Shown here: positions 41,534 through 54,900 of the stretch, piece after piece
Numbering within the stretch: the first letter of the stretch is position 1
Layout of the letters: each line of letters opens with the position of its first letter
Assembly: GCF_006345805.1 (NCBI RefSeq)
Contig: NC_043015.1
Coordinates: forward strand, 23,250,001 to 23,314,000
Reading direction: 5' to 3'
DNA length: 64,000 nucleotides
Origin: Octopus sinensis
Taxonomy: Eukaryota
Notes under the pieces: model-generated
The model's input: only the letters and a program-made list of their open reading frames with translations
Database searches by the model: none
What the model was told of the DNA's origin: nothing
Made by a program: the position numbers and the translations under genes

Positions 41534-42112
41534 AGCCAAGTCGGAACAGATATTTTCACGAGGCATTTCCGACCCTGCCAGGTAATATCTGACCTAAAAT
41601 TTTCAAATCGTCGCACTCGCGCCAAATTTATCGGCAGCAAATAAATATAAGCCGTCGATTCCATTACGGAATTAACCAGAAAATTCATAATTAATCAATA
41701 TAGGGTGGCAAAAAAAATTTTGTAGAATTCTTTTTGCCACCAGCGGCCTAGTGGGAAAAAATTAAATAGTCATAGACCATTTTTAAGTTCAACATCAACA
41801 ATCAAGGAACGGCCATAATAGGCCATTCACCCACTAGAAATAACAGCCAAAGCTTCAACCGCAAATAAAGATTAATTCCGTAAACAGGAGAAAATTTAAA
41901 AAACATTTACCCTGTAATTTCTTGTACGATGCACCGTTTCATCTGCTGTTTAATGGTAAACTAACCTGATTAATTCCGTAATGGAATCGACGGCTTATAT
42001 TTATTTGCTGCCGATAAATTTGGCGCGAGTGCGACGATTTGAAAATTTTAGGTCAGATATTACCTTGGCAGGGTCGGAAATGCCTCGTGAAAATATCTGT
42101 TCCGACTTGGCT

Positions 42113-42219
42113 ATTTCTTGCTGAAGAATCTGAGGGCCTATGGAAGATTGGCTTGATTTAATTTAATCAGGTTAGTTTACCATTAAACAGCAGATGAAAC
42201 GGTGCATCGTACAAGAAAT
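42113..42219 (+). ncRNA. Type I hammerhead ribozyme
   Basis: atttcttg-CTGAAGA-atctg...cagat-GAAAC-ggtgcatc-GTA-caagaaat. Perfect 8-bp stem I, 5-bp stem II base, and stem III with a palindromic TGCA loop. Predicted cleavage after 42211. Confidence 0.9.
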
Positions 42220-42442
42220 TACAGGGTAAATGTTTTTTAAATTTTCTCCTCTTTACGGAATTAATCTTTATTTGCGGTTGAAGCTTTGGCTGTTATTTCT
42301 AGTGGGTGAATGGCCTATTATGGCCGTTCCTTGATTGTTGATGTTGAACTTAAAAATGGTCTATGACTATTTAATTTTTACCCACTAGGCTGCTGGTGGC
42401 AAAAAGAATTCTACAAAATTTTTTTTTGCCACCCTATATTGA

Positions 42443-42481
<39 letters not shown>

Positions 42482-44804
42482 TCTTACGGCATCTGGAAAG
42501 ATATATCGTGATTGTTCTAGTAATCTACCGCCCAAACTTTGTAACTAGTTTGATAAACGGAAGCTATTTTGGTATCTTTTGCTGATAATAGTTTTTGCTG
42601 ATAATAAGTTTGAGTCAGTAGAACTGAAAGCATTCGCCACTTGGTGTTTCACTAATTCCCTATTATCATTTTATCCTTATGTCTATCTTGCACCTGAGAC
42701 TCGCCTTCATTAGCATACAATTCTTGCCTCCTGGTGGACGAATGACAAAAGTCGACAGTCGCAAATCTTATTTTGAGTAGTTAAAAGAACAAAGCTATAT
42801 GAAAGAATTGCTTCTGCTTAACGTTTTACCAATTTTGTCGTACACCGTCCTGCACATAAAGAATATTTTTAGATTCGCAGATTTCGTAACTAAATCAGTG
42901 TTACGTTACATACTACCGTTAGGGAACAAATACAGCTGAATGGATTATTCAGAATTTTGCCTACTGGAAGATCTGAATATTGCGAAAATTCTTAGCAATA
43001 AATAGAGTCAGCTTGTTGACCTCTTCACATGTATAGTGATTATGCTGTTGCTGTTTTCGTTGTCGTCTCTGCTGTTGTCATTGTTGTTTCATTTGGTTTG
43101 GCTTTTAAAACAGATAACTGCGAAACAAATATATTACATTGTGTATGAATTGGCGTATAACAGTAAAATGAATATATAAATATTTTTTCACACAAAATGT
43201 GTTCAATATACCCACCAATAGCCTGCATGCAAACACCGCTGCGTTAATATAATCAATGACAGAATATATTCCATATTAATGATACGAATATTCTCCGAAT
43301 CCTTTTAGTTTGCTGTACTTCTACACTTGTCGATTATTGATTCGAATGAATAAGTTATATTGTGATATAACTTGCATACACATACACCGACAATTTATTG
43401 GGAATATTTATTAAAGGTATCTGTTATATTATGTTTAGTTTGCATAACGCTTCACTAAAATATCTAAGGTTATATGAATATACACATGTCACAATATGGA
43501 TCTTCGTATAGCTACTCTAATATTCTTACACTCTTCCAAGAAAATCTTGAAAATTTAACAGAATTGAAATATTTGCTCAGGAATTTCATAATCATGATAC
43601 GTCGACTTTATCTGCAGCTAGTTCTTGGCTAGCTTCAGCTCTCCGGTTTGAATATAACCTTAACACCGTTCTTTCTCCTTTAATTTACTTTCACTATTAC
43701 CGCAGTTTCAGATAGGCTGTGAGTGGGGAACATTTAGAAGCGTAGGATAACGGTGACACACGATAAGCTTCAGAATCCGACAGTAAAAATTTTGATTCTT
43801 CAATGTCGCTTTGTAGACTCACACGGAACAACTGATATCTAACTCTCCAATTAAGTTCTCTATTTAATCACATTTTCAGCCAGTTTCAGCGTTTCTTACA
43901 CAGCATTATGTCTTCTTTCTTTTAGATAATTATACAAACTGAAAGCGGCAATAACATCCGGTATATTAATAAAGGATGTATCTTCATATTTATTTATGCT
44001 TCATTGAGAGACCCAATATTGATTAATTATGTAGCAATATTGAAGAGTAAACTCTTTTATGAATACAGCCAGAATAAATTATATGGAGTTCACCACAAAG
44101 TAATTGAAACCGTGATCAGTTACACCATTTGATTATATTATAAGATAAACTATTTTCTAAGATCTAAAGGCTATAATGTGCAAGGGGATCCGCAATTAGT
44201 TTCCTTTTAGATACTCAAAATTGGTATCATATAAACGAATTTTCCACATTAATGTGGAACCACAAATATAAAAGGCAGAGAGGGTGAGGAAAACAATTGT
44301 GGTACGGTTAAAAATAAAATCACGCAAAGGATTAACTCTGGTTTCGATTCCACTTTACGCTATGCTATGATCTAACATGGTTAACCAATATGTTTTGACT
44401 TAGAAACAGAAAAAACTCCAATCTCAAGTTTTCCAACTTCTTAGCGAGTGTTTTAACTAAAACTTGAGCCATTCCTACTTAGGAGTCTTCCTGTATATTC
44501 AACTCAATTACTTCTCGGGTCTCTGCTCTAATTCTAAACAACTGTGGATTATATGCATTTGTGCTTGCTAAAAGTGTTGCTTTTTATTTTTGTTGCATTT
44601 CAAAAAAACACTTCTTCCCGGATTCACCTGATTAAGTCCTTGTTTGTCATAGGCGAATTAAAAATGTGCATTATCTGCATGCAAACAGTAGCCATATTAT
44701 CCAACATGTCTTATTCTAAGACCTGTAAGATATCATTTCAGGGAAGCTGTCCACTCAAATGGGGCAGTCATGATGAAAATAAAAGTGATGACGATGTCAA
44801 TGAT

Positions 44805-44822
44805 GATGATTATGATAATGAC

Positions 44823-44877
<55 letters not shown>

Positions 44878-44915
44878 GTGATGGTGATGATGAGTAGGTG
44901 GATGATGATGATGAT
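44805..44915. repeat. (GAT)n microsatellite
   Basis: Direct reading of the sequence. Confidence 0.95.
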
Positions 44916-45855
44916 GAAGAGGAGGGGAGGATTTATAGAATCGAGAAGAAAAACATTTTTAGCTGGTAAGTTAAGACTAAGGAAGTAAACTGAAATTATG
45001 CCGAACATTAGAAATTTCAAATTGGTCCTCTGCTCATGTGTAGTACATCTTTCATATTCATGTAAAACATAATATATTTCCTAATTATTTATAACATAAT
45101 AAATCTAATAATTTATGAATCTAATAATTTCCTATCCTTCCTCAATACCGGTTCTTATCTCCACTCGGTCTCCTTAGGAGGTGGTTGTGTTCTAGCATAT
45201 GTGCCACTTCTTTTAGTGTTCGTATTTTCCAGTGGTGTTCATTCGTAGTAAAGCCTCATAAATCCAAAGGTCAACTCCTGGTCCTTTCCAAATATATCAT
45301 CCGACGAGTAGGTCTGCTACAGACTCCCATATATTGCTTCTATAGTTGTTACTGTGCCTGTCGTGTCTAACGTAGATGCAGTTGATGTTACTGATGCTGT
45401 TGCAGTTATTTTTACTTGCGTAAATGTGGGCCAGGTCGTGCAAAGATAGGATTTAGTGAATTCCTAGATGCAACGGACATTATTGATTTTGCAGTGGATT
45501 GTAAGATTTGCAAACGCGTCAATAAAGAATATCCTGCCATGTTTGATCTGCTCCCTTAAATTCACATTTCAGACCTCACCGATATCAGCATAGTATTTCA
45601 TTCTTTCTGGGTCAATTAAACTACATACCTTTCAAGCAATAAGGGCGATGAAATCGACTACACGCCTCTAGAGTTGCTATTTTATGGCAACATCAGAAAC
45701 AAATAATGCAAGTAAATTCGAATCCGTCAGATACCAAATTTACGTTTGATCCTTCTGGAGTTGGAAAATTATGCTGTCAGTCAAACACTGGGATTCGATA
45801 ATATTGACTTATACCTCCTCTAAAAATTTTGCTATTGTTGTTGTTGTTGTTGTTC

Positions 45856-45973
<118 letters not shown>

Positions 45974-46028
45974 CATCATCATCATCATCCTCATCATTGT
46001 TATTGTTATTATTATCATCATATTATTT

Positions 46029-46154
46029 TCCGTAGTTTTATTTTTTATAGCGTGCTTTCACTTCACTACCGAGCGCAGCTCTGTGTGCCTTGGGTATGTG
46101 CTGTGATTTGTTGTAATGCTTTGATGGTTTTGTATGGAAGTGTTCTGCGTAGGA

Positions 46155-46155
<1 letters not shown>
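46029..46155 (-). mobile_element. Dong family A 3'-end fragment (second copy at 47353-47481)
   Basis: Reverse complement of 30554-30678 (last codons plus 3' UTR), flanked by (ATT)n. Confidence 0.9.
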
Positions 46156-46188
<33 letters not shown>

Positions 46189-46474
46189 GGAATCTCAGTA
46201 GACTTAGTTTCTAAGTAACCTCCTATTGGGTTTCAACAAGTAACCGTAGATGTCAAGAACCCTCCTAAGTATTCAAGGTGTCCATAATAATGTTTTATAC
46301 AGCTGCACTAAACTGGCTTTTATGCCTATTTCCTTAATCCTTCTGTTCAGATCTTTAGTGAAAATCCCCAATTCCCATACAACTACAGGGTTACATTTTA
46401 CCCGCACTGTTATCTTGTTAATTTTTGTGTACCTCATTATTTGCAAATGTAAAGTCAATTATCTGGCATTTTCT
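46189..46474 (-). mobile_element. Dong/R4-like family E 3'-end fragment (second copy at 47515-47800)
   Basis: Minus-strand translation fragments RKCQIIDF, PVVVWELG and LVQLYKTLLWTP*ILRRVLDI resemble the RLE C-terminus. (TAA)n on both sides. Confidence 0.6.
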
Positions 46475-46483
46475 ATTATTATA

Positions 46484-46651
<168 letters not shown>

Positions 46652-47206
46652 GAGTGAGCGAGCAGAGCATGCAATCAAAGTGACACTGGGGTAAAATATA
46701 CGAAGCCCAGTATACCCATCATGACTACCCGTCTGATAAGGGCACACAAGGCACATGCATCACAACCATATGTGCGCGACATGGTGATCTCATATCAAGA
46801 TAAACAGCACATGATCTTGCAGGTGGAGCCCAGTTAGAATTTTCTTCAGATCGAGTAACCCATCCCGCTCAAAAGGTCCCTGAATAAGGGTTGTTTAAGG
46901 ACGTTGAACGAAACACCCATGTTTCCAGAGGTGAATTATTCAAACCCCAAAGAATCCTTCTCAACACAGGCTATGATGCTCCCCCCTCCCCCACTACTTC
47001 TGCTCGTGATCAGAGATGCACATATCGTCAGCCACTAAGACATGCTCAACTGGTTAAGGTCAAACAACTGAAAGCAAATCTGTGGTATTGACAGAATATT
47101 TGCTGTAGCCCATCTTTTATACCAAAAAACAATGTACATGATAACACTTCCAATCAGTTAAGATCAGAACCATGAGAGCCGCTGCCTGGTACTGCTCAGG
47201 GCATTT
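46652..47206 (-). mobile_element. ~555-bp TAA-associated non-coding unit, copy 2
   Basis: Fixed ends AAATGCCCTGA... and ...CTCACTC, (TAA)n on both sides. Confidence 0.85.
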
Positions 47207-47216
47207 ATTATTATTA

Positions 47217-47295
<79 letters not shown>

Positions 47296-47480
47296 CATCA
47301 TCATCATCATCCTCATCATTGTTATTGTTATTATTATCATCATAATTATTATTCCGTAGTTTTATTTTTTATAGCGTGCTTTCACTTCACTACCGAGCGC
47401 AGCTCTGTGTGCCTTGGGTATGTGCTGTGATTTGTTGTAATGCTTTGATGGTTATTGTATGGAAAGTGTTCTGCGTAGGA

Positions 47481-47514
<34 letters not shown>

Positions 47515-47809
47515 GGAATCTCAGTAGACTTAGTTTCTAAGTAACCTCCTATTGGGTTTCAACAAGTAACCGTAGATGTCAAGAACCCTCCTAAGTATTC
47601 AAGGTGTCCATAATAATGTTTTATACAGCTGCACTAAACTGGCTTTTATGCCTATTTCCTTAATCCTTCTGTTCAGATCTTTAGTGAAAATCCCCAATTC
47701 CCATACAACTACAGGGTTACATTTTACCCGCACTGTTATCTTGTTAATTTTTGTGTACCTCATTATTTGCAAATGTAAAGTCAATTATCTGGCATTTTCT
47801 ATTATTATA

Positions 47810-47842
<33 letters not shown>

Positions 47843-47875
47843 TATTATTATTATTATTTATTATTATCATTATCA

Positions 47876-47919
<44 letters not shown>

Positions 47920-47927
47920 TATTATTA

Positions 47928-47968
<41 letters not shown>

Positions 47969-48520
47969 GAGTGAGCGAGCAGAGCATGCAATCAAAGTGA
48001 CACTGGGGTAAAATATACGAAGCCCAGTATACCCATCATGACTACCCGTCTGATAAGGGCACACAAGGCACATGCATCACAACCATATGTGCGCGAAATG
48101 GTGATCTCATATCAAGATAAACAGCACATGATCTGCAGGTGGAGCCCAGTTAGAATTTTCTTCAGATCGAGTAACCATCCGCTCAAAAGGTCCCTGAATA
48201 AGGGTTGTTTAAGGACGTTGAACGAAACACCCATGTTTCCAGAGGTGAATTATTCAAACCCCAAGAATCCTTCTCAACACATGGCTATGATGCTCCCCCT
48301 ACTTCTGCTCGTGATCAGAGATGCACATATCGTCAGCCACTAAGGGACATGCTCAACTGGTAAAGGTCAAACAACTGACAAGCAAATCTGTGGTATTGAG
48401 CAGAATATTTGCTGTAGCCCATCTTTTATACCAAGAAAAAACAATGTACATGATAACACTTCCAATCAGTTAAGATCAGAAGCCATGAGAGCCGCTGCCT
48501 GGTACTGCATCAGGGCATTT
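47969..48520 (-). mobile_element. ~555-bp TAA-associated non-coding unit, copy 3
   Basis: Same ends and sequence as copy 2. Confidence 0.85.
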
Positions 48521-48530
48521 ATTATTATTA

Positions 48531-48577
<47 letters not shown>

Positions 48578-48616
48578 ATTATTCTTATTCTTATTCTTAT
48601 TCTTATTCTTCTTATT

Positions 48617-48647
<31 letters not shown>

Positions 48648-48677
48648 TTATTATTATTATTATTATCATCATATTTA

Positions 48678-49789
48678 TTCCGTAGTTTTATTTTTATAGC
48701 GTGCTTTCACTTCACTACCGAGCGCAGCTCTGTGTGCCTTGGGTATGTGCTGTGATTTGTTGTGATGCTCTGATGGTTATTGTATGAAAAGTGTTCTGCG
48801 TAGGATGTGTGCAGTATCTAGTAGTGTAATTTTCTGTATGTTATATGTGTTCGTAAGTCCTGGTGTTTTAGTTATGTATTTGTCTGAATATTTTTTTATC
48901 ATGCCCAATGCACCTACTATGATAGGAATTGTTTCTGTTTTTAGATTCCACATTCTGGTTGCCTCTATTTCCAGGTATTTGTATTTTGAGAGTTTCTCCA
49001 TTTCTTTTAGAGACACGTTATCATCTGCCGGTATTGATACATCAATTAGAAAGAATTTTTTTTCTTCTGTGGCTGTCTTCAGTTATGGCGTTATTAATCA
49101 TTAGTTGATCTTTACAGCCATATGAGCCTTTGTGGCATCCTTTCTGCTCTTCTGGAAACAGGTTGTTTTCGTCCAGGTGCTTGTTTAACCTTTGCGATAT
49201 CACTGCAGTAAATGCCTTGTACGTTGTAGGGAGACAGGTTATTGGTCTGTAGTTTTCTGGCTTTGCTGTCTCATTTGATTTGGGAATTAAGATGGTTTTC
49301 CCCTTCGTGAGCCATTCAGGCAATATCTCTGATTCTGCTAGTATGTTGTTAAAGTTTTCAGCCAGCTTTTTGTGCATTTCTGTTAGATATTTCAACCAGA
49401 AGTTGGGGATCTTGTCATGCCCAGGTGCCTTCCAGTTGCTTAGTCTTTGCAGTGCCTGGGTGACCTCTTCAGTTGTTATGGGGGTCCAAAGTTGCTCAGA
49501 TGTTGTGTTTGTTGTTTTAATACTCCTTTTTTGGGGTTGTTCGTTCGCCGACCATATTTCTCTCCAGAATTCTTCCACTTCTTCTGCCGTTGGTGCTGCA
49601 GTGATATCTATTTTATTTTTGCCAAGTTCTAGGTAGAACTTTTTGGGGTTGGAGTTGAACTTTTTGTTTTGTTCAAAGAAGCGCTGGCGTTTCTCGTACC
49701 GGCGGATCCTTTGTGCTTTGGCAAGGATATCTTGCTTCAGCTTTTCTTTTATCTCAGGTAAATCTTTTTCTTTGATAGTATATTTGCGG

Positions 49790-49792
<3 letters not shown>
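48678..49792 (-). mobile_element. Dong family A copy with a ~1.6-kb internal deletion
   Basis: ORF 49042-49578 covers the pre-RT/RT start (KAPGHDKIPNFWLK, YRPITCLPT). It is fused at ~49060 to the RLE C-terminus (ORF 48777-49016) and 3' UTR. Confidence 0.92.
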
Positions 49793-49834
<42 letters not shown>

Positions 49835-50388
49835 GAGTGAGAGAGCAGTTCATGCCATCACAGTGACACTGGGGTAAAATATACGAAGCCCAATATACCC
49901 ATCATGACTACCCGTCTGATAAAGGTACACTAGGCACATGCATCACAACCATATGTGCGCGACATGGTGATCTCATATCAAGATGAACAGCACATGACCT
50001 TGCAGGTGGGGCCCAGTTAGAATTTTCTTCAGGTTGAGTGGCCCATCCTGCTCAAACGGTCCCTGAATAAGGGTTGCTTTAGGATGTTGAACGAAACACC
50101 TATGTTTCCAGAGGTGAACCATTCAAACTCCAAAGAATCCCTCTCAACACATGGCCATGATGCTCCCCCACTACTTCTGCTCGTGATCAGAGATGCACAT
50201 ATCGTCAGCCACTAAGGGACATGCTCAACTGGTTAAGGTCAAACAACAGACAAGCAAATCTGTGGTATTGAGCAGAATATTTGCTGTAGCCCATCTTTTA
50301 TACCAAGACAAAACAATGTACATGATAACACTTCCAATCAGTTAAGATCAGAAGCCATGAGAGCCAATGCCTGGTACTGCATCAGGGC

Positions 50389-50392
<4 letters not shown>
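49835..50392 (-). mobile_element. ~555-bp TAA-associated non-coding unit, copy 4
   Basis: Same fixed ends, (TAA)n on both sides. Confidence 0.85.
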
Positions 50393-50444
<52 letters not shown>

Positions 50445-50475
50445 ATATTTTTATTATTATTATTATTATTATTAA

Positions 50476-50541
<66 letters not shown>

Positions 50542-50545
50542 CATT

Positions 50546-52185
50546 AGTATATTTTTATATCGTGCTTTCACTTCACTACCGAGCGCACCTCTGTGTGTAT
50601 AGGAAGTGTTCTGCGTAGGATGTGTGCAGTGTCTAGTAGTGTAATTTTCTGTATGTTATATGTGTTCGTAAGTCCTGGTGTTTTTGTTATGTATTTGTCT
50701 GAATATTTTTTTATCATGACTAATGCACCTATTATGATAGGAATTGTTTCTGATTTTAGATTCCACATTCTGGTTACCTCTATTTCCAGGTCTTTGTATT
50801 TTGAAAGATTCTCCATTTCTTTTAGAGACACGTTGTCATCCGCTGATATTGATACGTCAATTAGAAAGCATTTTTTCCTTCAGGATCTCTGACAACTATA
50901 TCTGATCTGTTGGCCTTAATTTCTCTATCTGTGTGTATCGGCATATCCCAGAGTATGGTTGCTTTCTCGTTTTCTGTTGTTATTCCATAATGTTGGCATA
51001 GTTTCCAGTGTATATAGGTCACAACTCTGTCGTGTCTGTGAATATAATCCTTCTTAGCCAAGACTGGGCAGCAGCCAGAGATAATATGATTTATTGATTC
51101 TTGTCCATTTCCACATATTCTGCAGTTACTTGTTATATTTCTTTTCATTACATGTTTTTGGTAATTTCTGGTGGAGAGGCTTTGGTCTTGTGCTTCAATT
51201 AAAAATCATTCTGTCTCTGCTTTGAGTCCTGAGCTTCTAAACCATTGTTGGGATTTTTCTTTGTCTATTTCTTTTGCGTTTAGTTTAGTCCAGTATTTGC
51301 TATGAAGTGGCTTTTCTTGCCATCGTTTTATCATGGTTCGTTGCTGTTCTATTTTTAGTTTGGATTTCATTTGTTTTATAGCTTTTGTTGTTTCTTCTTC
51401 TTCTTCTTCTTCTTCTCCATATTTGTTAGATGGTATGATTTCTTGTTTGTATTTGTCAGCTTCCTTAAATACTGAGAACAGTTTTTTGTTTTGCTCGTGT
51501 TTTGCCGCTATTTGTATCAGTTTTCCTTCCTTCTGAAGTAGATATTTTTGCAGTCCTATGGTGGTTATTTTATAGTAGTTTAACAGCTGTATAAGGCCTC
51601 TAACACCTTCTATACGTTGTATATATAGTCTTTCTATGTCGGATTTTGGGTGATGCATCCTAGATCCTGTCATTATTTTACTTGTTTTCCTATCTATTTT
51701 GGTCAGTTCATTTAGTGTCCAGTTAAGGATATTGTAGCTGTAACTTATAACTGGGACAGCTAAAGTGTTAATACCTATTATCTTGTTTTTAGCATTGAGA
51801 TCTGTTTTTAGTATTGATCTAACTCGTCTATAATATTCTTTTTTTATGTTCTCTTTCATTTGTGTGTGTTGTGTCTTATCTAGTTCATTTGTAAGTTTGG
51901 CTTTGGTCTAATTCTTTTATTTCATTGGTTTTATTTAGTGTGATGTTGCTACTCCTTATTAGTTTTCTTCTTCTGGGTTACTTTGGCGCATTTCTCTAAT
52001 CCAAATTTCATATCTATTTCTTTGGTAAATCCATGAACTGTCTTTAATAGTGTTTCCAGCTCTGTCATTTGTAGCGTATAGTTTTAGGTCATCCATATAT
52101 AAAAGGTGGCTGATCTTTTCCCGTAACATTTATATCCGCATCCAGTTCTGTTTAGCATATCCGATAGAGGTGACAGTGCCAAGCA
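50546..52185 (-). mobile_element. Dong family A copy, 5'-truncated with frameshifts and small deletions
   Basis: ORFs 51206-51859, 50861-51148 and 50568-50831 are nearly identical in protein to 29281-30582. Confidence 0.93.
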
Positions 52186-52659
52186 CTGATAAGGGTACAC
52201 CAGGCACATGCATTACAACCATATGTGCGCGACAGGGTGATCTCATATCAAGATAAACAGTGCATGACCTAGCACGTGGGGCCCAGTTAGAATTTTCTTC
52301 TGGTCGAGTAACCCAGCCCGCTCAAAAGGTCCTTGAATAAGGGTTGTTTAAGGATGTTGAACGAATCACCTATGTTTCCAGATGTGAATTATTCAAACTC
52401 CATAGAATCCCTCTCAACACATGGCTATGATGCTCCACCACTACTTCCGCTCGTGATCAGATGCACATATCGTCAGCCACTAAGGGACATGCTCAACTGG
52501 TTAAGGTCAAACAACTGACAAGCAAATCTGTGGTATTGAGCAGAATATTTGCTGTAGCCCATCTTTTATACAAGACAAAACAATGTACATGATAACACTT
52601 CCAATCAGTTAATATCAGAAGCCATGATAGCCACTGCCTGGTACTGCATCAGGGCATTT
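52186..52659 (-). mobile_element. ~555-bp unit copy 5, fused directly to Dong A sequence
   Basis: Intact AAATGCCCTGATG end at 52659. The other end is lost at ...cccttatcag, which joins Dong RT sequence tgcttggcactg. Confidence 0.85.
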
Positions 52660-52669
52660 ATTATTATTA

Positions 52670-52744
<75 letters not shown>

Positions 52745-52823
52745 CATTATTATTATCATTATTATTATTATCATTATTATTTTTGTTATTATTATCGTTA
52801 TTATTATTATTATTATTATTATT

Positions 52824-53345
52824 GAAAGAGAGAGCAGTGCATGCCATCAAAGTGACACGCGAGTAACATATACAAAGCTCAGTATACCCATCATAACAAC
52901 TCATCTGATATCAGTACCCTAGACACATGCATCACAGCCATATGTGCACGACATAATGATTTCACATCAAGTTAAACATCACTTGACCTTGCAGGTAGGG
53001 CTTATAATTTTTTCAGTAGCTTATCCTGTTCAAAAGGTACCTGATTAAGTGTTGTTGAAGGATGTTGAACGAAACACACTTTTCCAGTATTGAATTATTC
53101 AAACCCCAAATGATTCATCACAACTCATGACTATGATGCTTCCCAACTACTTATACTCCTAATCAGAGATGCACATCTTGCCAGCCACAAGGGACATGCT
53201 CAACTTGTTAAGGTCAAGCAAATGACAAAGAAATCTGTGGTAATGAGCAGAATATTTGCTGTAGCCCATCTTTAAAACCAAGACAAAACAATATACAAAA
53301 TAGCACTTCCAGTCAGTTAAGATCAGAAGCCATGAGAGCCAGTGC
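52824..53345 (-). mobile_element. ~555-bp unit copy 6, diverged
   Basis: Colinear with the other copies but with more substitutions and indels. Confidence 0.8.
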
Positions 53346-53960
53346 TTGGGGCGAATGACTGATAAGTGATATTACAGTATGACTGAAAGCTTGGAGAAGG
53401 GATGTAGTTAAATATCTTCAGGTAATATAACATAGATATTTAAATGGATGGGTTTTTTAAGTTTGTGGTCAGTACTTGTCAGCACAATCTTTTGGATACC
53501 TCTGAGACATGTTTCTCCTGGTATCTTATCTAGATGACTCTGACATCCCAATTTCATCATACATAGAGCACCTACAATAACAGAAACAGTGCTTGTTTTA
53601 ATATACCACGTCTTTTGTATTTCAATTTCCAAGTCGTTATATTTATTTAGTTTCTCAAATTCCTCGACATATATTTTTATCAATAGGAACACATACTTCT
53701 ATTAGAATACAGTTATTCTCTTCTCTGGCTTTAATAATTACATCTGGTCGATTATCCTGGATCGTTCTGTCTGTGCTGACTCGAATATCCCACAGTACAG
53801 TGACATTTCTTACTGTTTTGTTCCACTTGTATTTGATAATTTATAAATATTCCGAAGTTGATTTCGCATGTGATTTTGCCCGTTTCAGTGAGACATCGTG
53901 CATGGGAGAAACTGTGCTTTGTATGGCAGCAACATTTCGTTTTTATGATTATTTTCGATG
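53346..53960 (-). mobile_element. Old Dong/R4-like family D 3' fragment
   Basis: ORF 53408-53692 has FEKLNKYNDLEIEIQKTW...VIVGAL...IQKIVLTS (RLE C-terminus). Confidence 0.8.
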
Positions 53961-54167
53961 AAAGGCCGCTTCCTTGAAGTCTTCTACAGGTTCTTTCATC
54001 CCATCCCACCGAGGTTATTAGATTAGATTCGTTTTTGTATATGGAGCCCTGCGTAGCACATCTATGTTGTTGTTGTGATTATCATTATTATTTACTTTTA
54101 ATCTACACGTTTGTTATACTCACTTGCTGAAACACACCCGGCTTTGTAGGGTGAGCGCAGGATAAGA

Positions 54168-54900
54168 GATGCTACAGTATGACTGAAAACTTGGGAGGGG
54201 AAGTGGCAGGGGCAGTAGCAAAATATCTTCATGTAATGCAACACAGACATTTAAACTCATAGGGTTTTTCTAAGGATGTGGTCACTAATTGTCAGCACTA
54301 TTTTTTGGATTTCTCTGCGATTTGATTCCCTCGGATAATATCTAGATGTTTCTGAGATGCCTTTTTTATCATACCGAGGGTACCTACAATAGCAGAAACA
54401 ATACTTGCATTAAGGTGTCTCATCTTTTGTATCCAGGTCCTTATATTTATTTAATATGCAAATTCTTTTAGAAAAATATTTTTATTACTGGGAAGACTTA
54501 CATCCATTAGTCTACAATTATTTTCTTCACTGTCTGTAATAATATTGTCTGGTTGATTTACTCTGGATCGCTCTGTCGGTGTTGACTGGAGAAAGCCAAG
54601 GGGATAGTGACATTTTTAACTTCAACGACAACCTCAAGATGACGTTCATACCAGTAAGCAGGAATGTTGATTTTGTAGTGTTTACATAGTTTCCAATGAA
54701 GATATTGTCTTACCCTATCGTAGCTATTTTTGAAGTCGGTTAGTATCAGCTCAGGACATTCCGAAACGAGCTGGTCTATTGTTTCATAAAATATGTCGCA
54801 GAATCTGAAGAACGTTAGTCTGATAGTTTCTGGTACGAAAGCTTTGATCATGTACCACCAACATGAAACCTTCAGTCTGTGCTTTCAGCCGCTGATGGAT
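54168..54900 (-). mobile_element. Second old family D fragment
   Basis: ORF 54558-54851 has a zinc-knuckle relic FRFCDIFYETIDQLVSEC and YDRVRQYLHWKLCKHY. Its 3' UTR (cagtatgactgaaa) matches 53370-53390. Confidence 0.78.

Larger units (their letters stand above)
41304..42450. mobile_element. Tandem-plus-inverted hammerhead unit, ~490-bp monomer (PLE pLTR/retrozyme-like)
   Basis: 41794-41973 repeats 41305-41484 (period 489-490). ~41970-42450 is an inverted, circularly permuted near-full monomer. (TA)n lies at both ends. Confidence 0.85.

Noticed and set aside
41304-42450. CRISPR-like or MITE interpretation of the tandem and inverted repeats
   Set aside because: There is no repeat-spacer pattern. 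The inverted arms are long, unequal and permuted rather than fixed TIRs, and the context is eukaryotic.
44544-44897. ORF ending in poly-Asp
   Set aside because: It is explained by a (GAT)n microsatellite, with no recognisable domain or splice context.
45180-45480. Thr-rich short reading frame on the minus strand
   Set aside because: It is short, has no homology I can recognise and has no clear exon boundaries.
50330-50392. HDV-like ribozyme at the 5' end of the 555-bp unit (GGCTCTCRTGGC recalls the R2 L3 motif)
   Set aside because: I could not build P1, P1.1 and P2 pairings consistent with the HDV fold.
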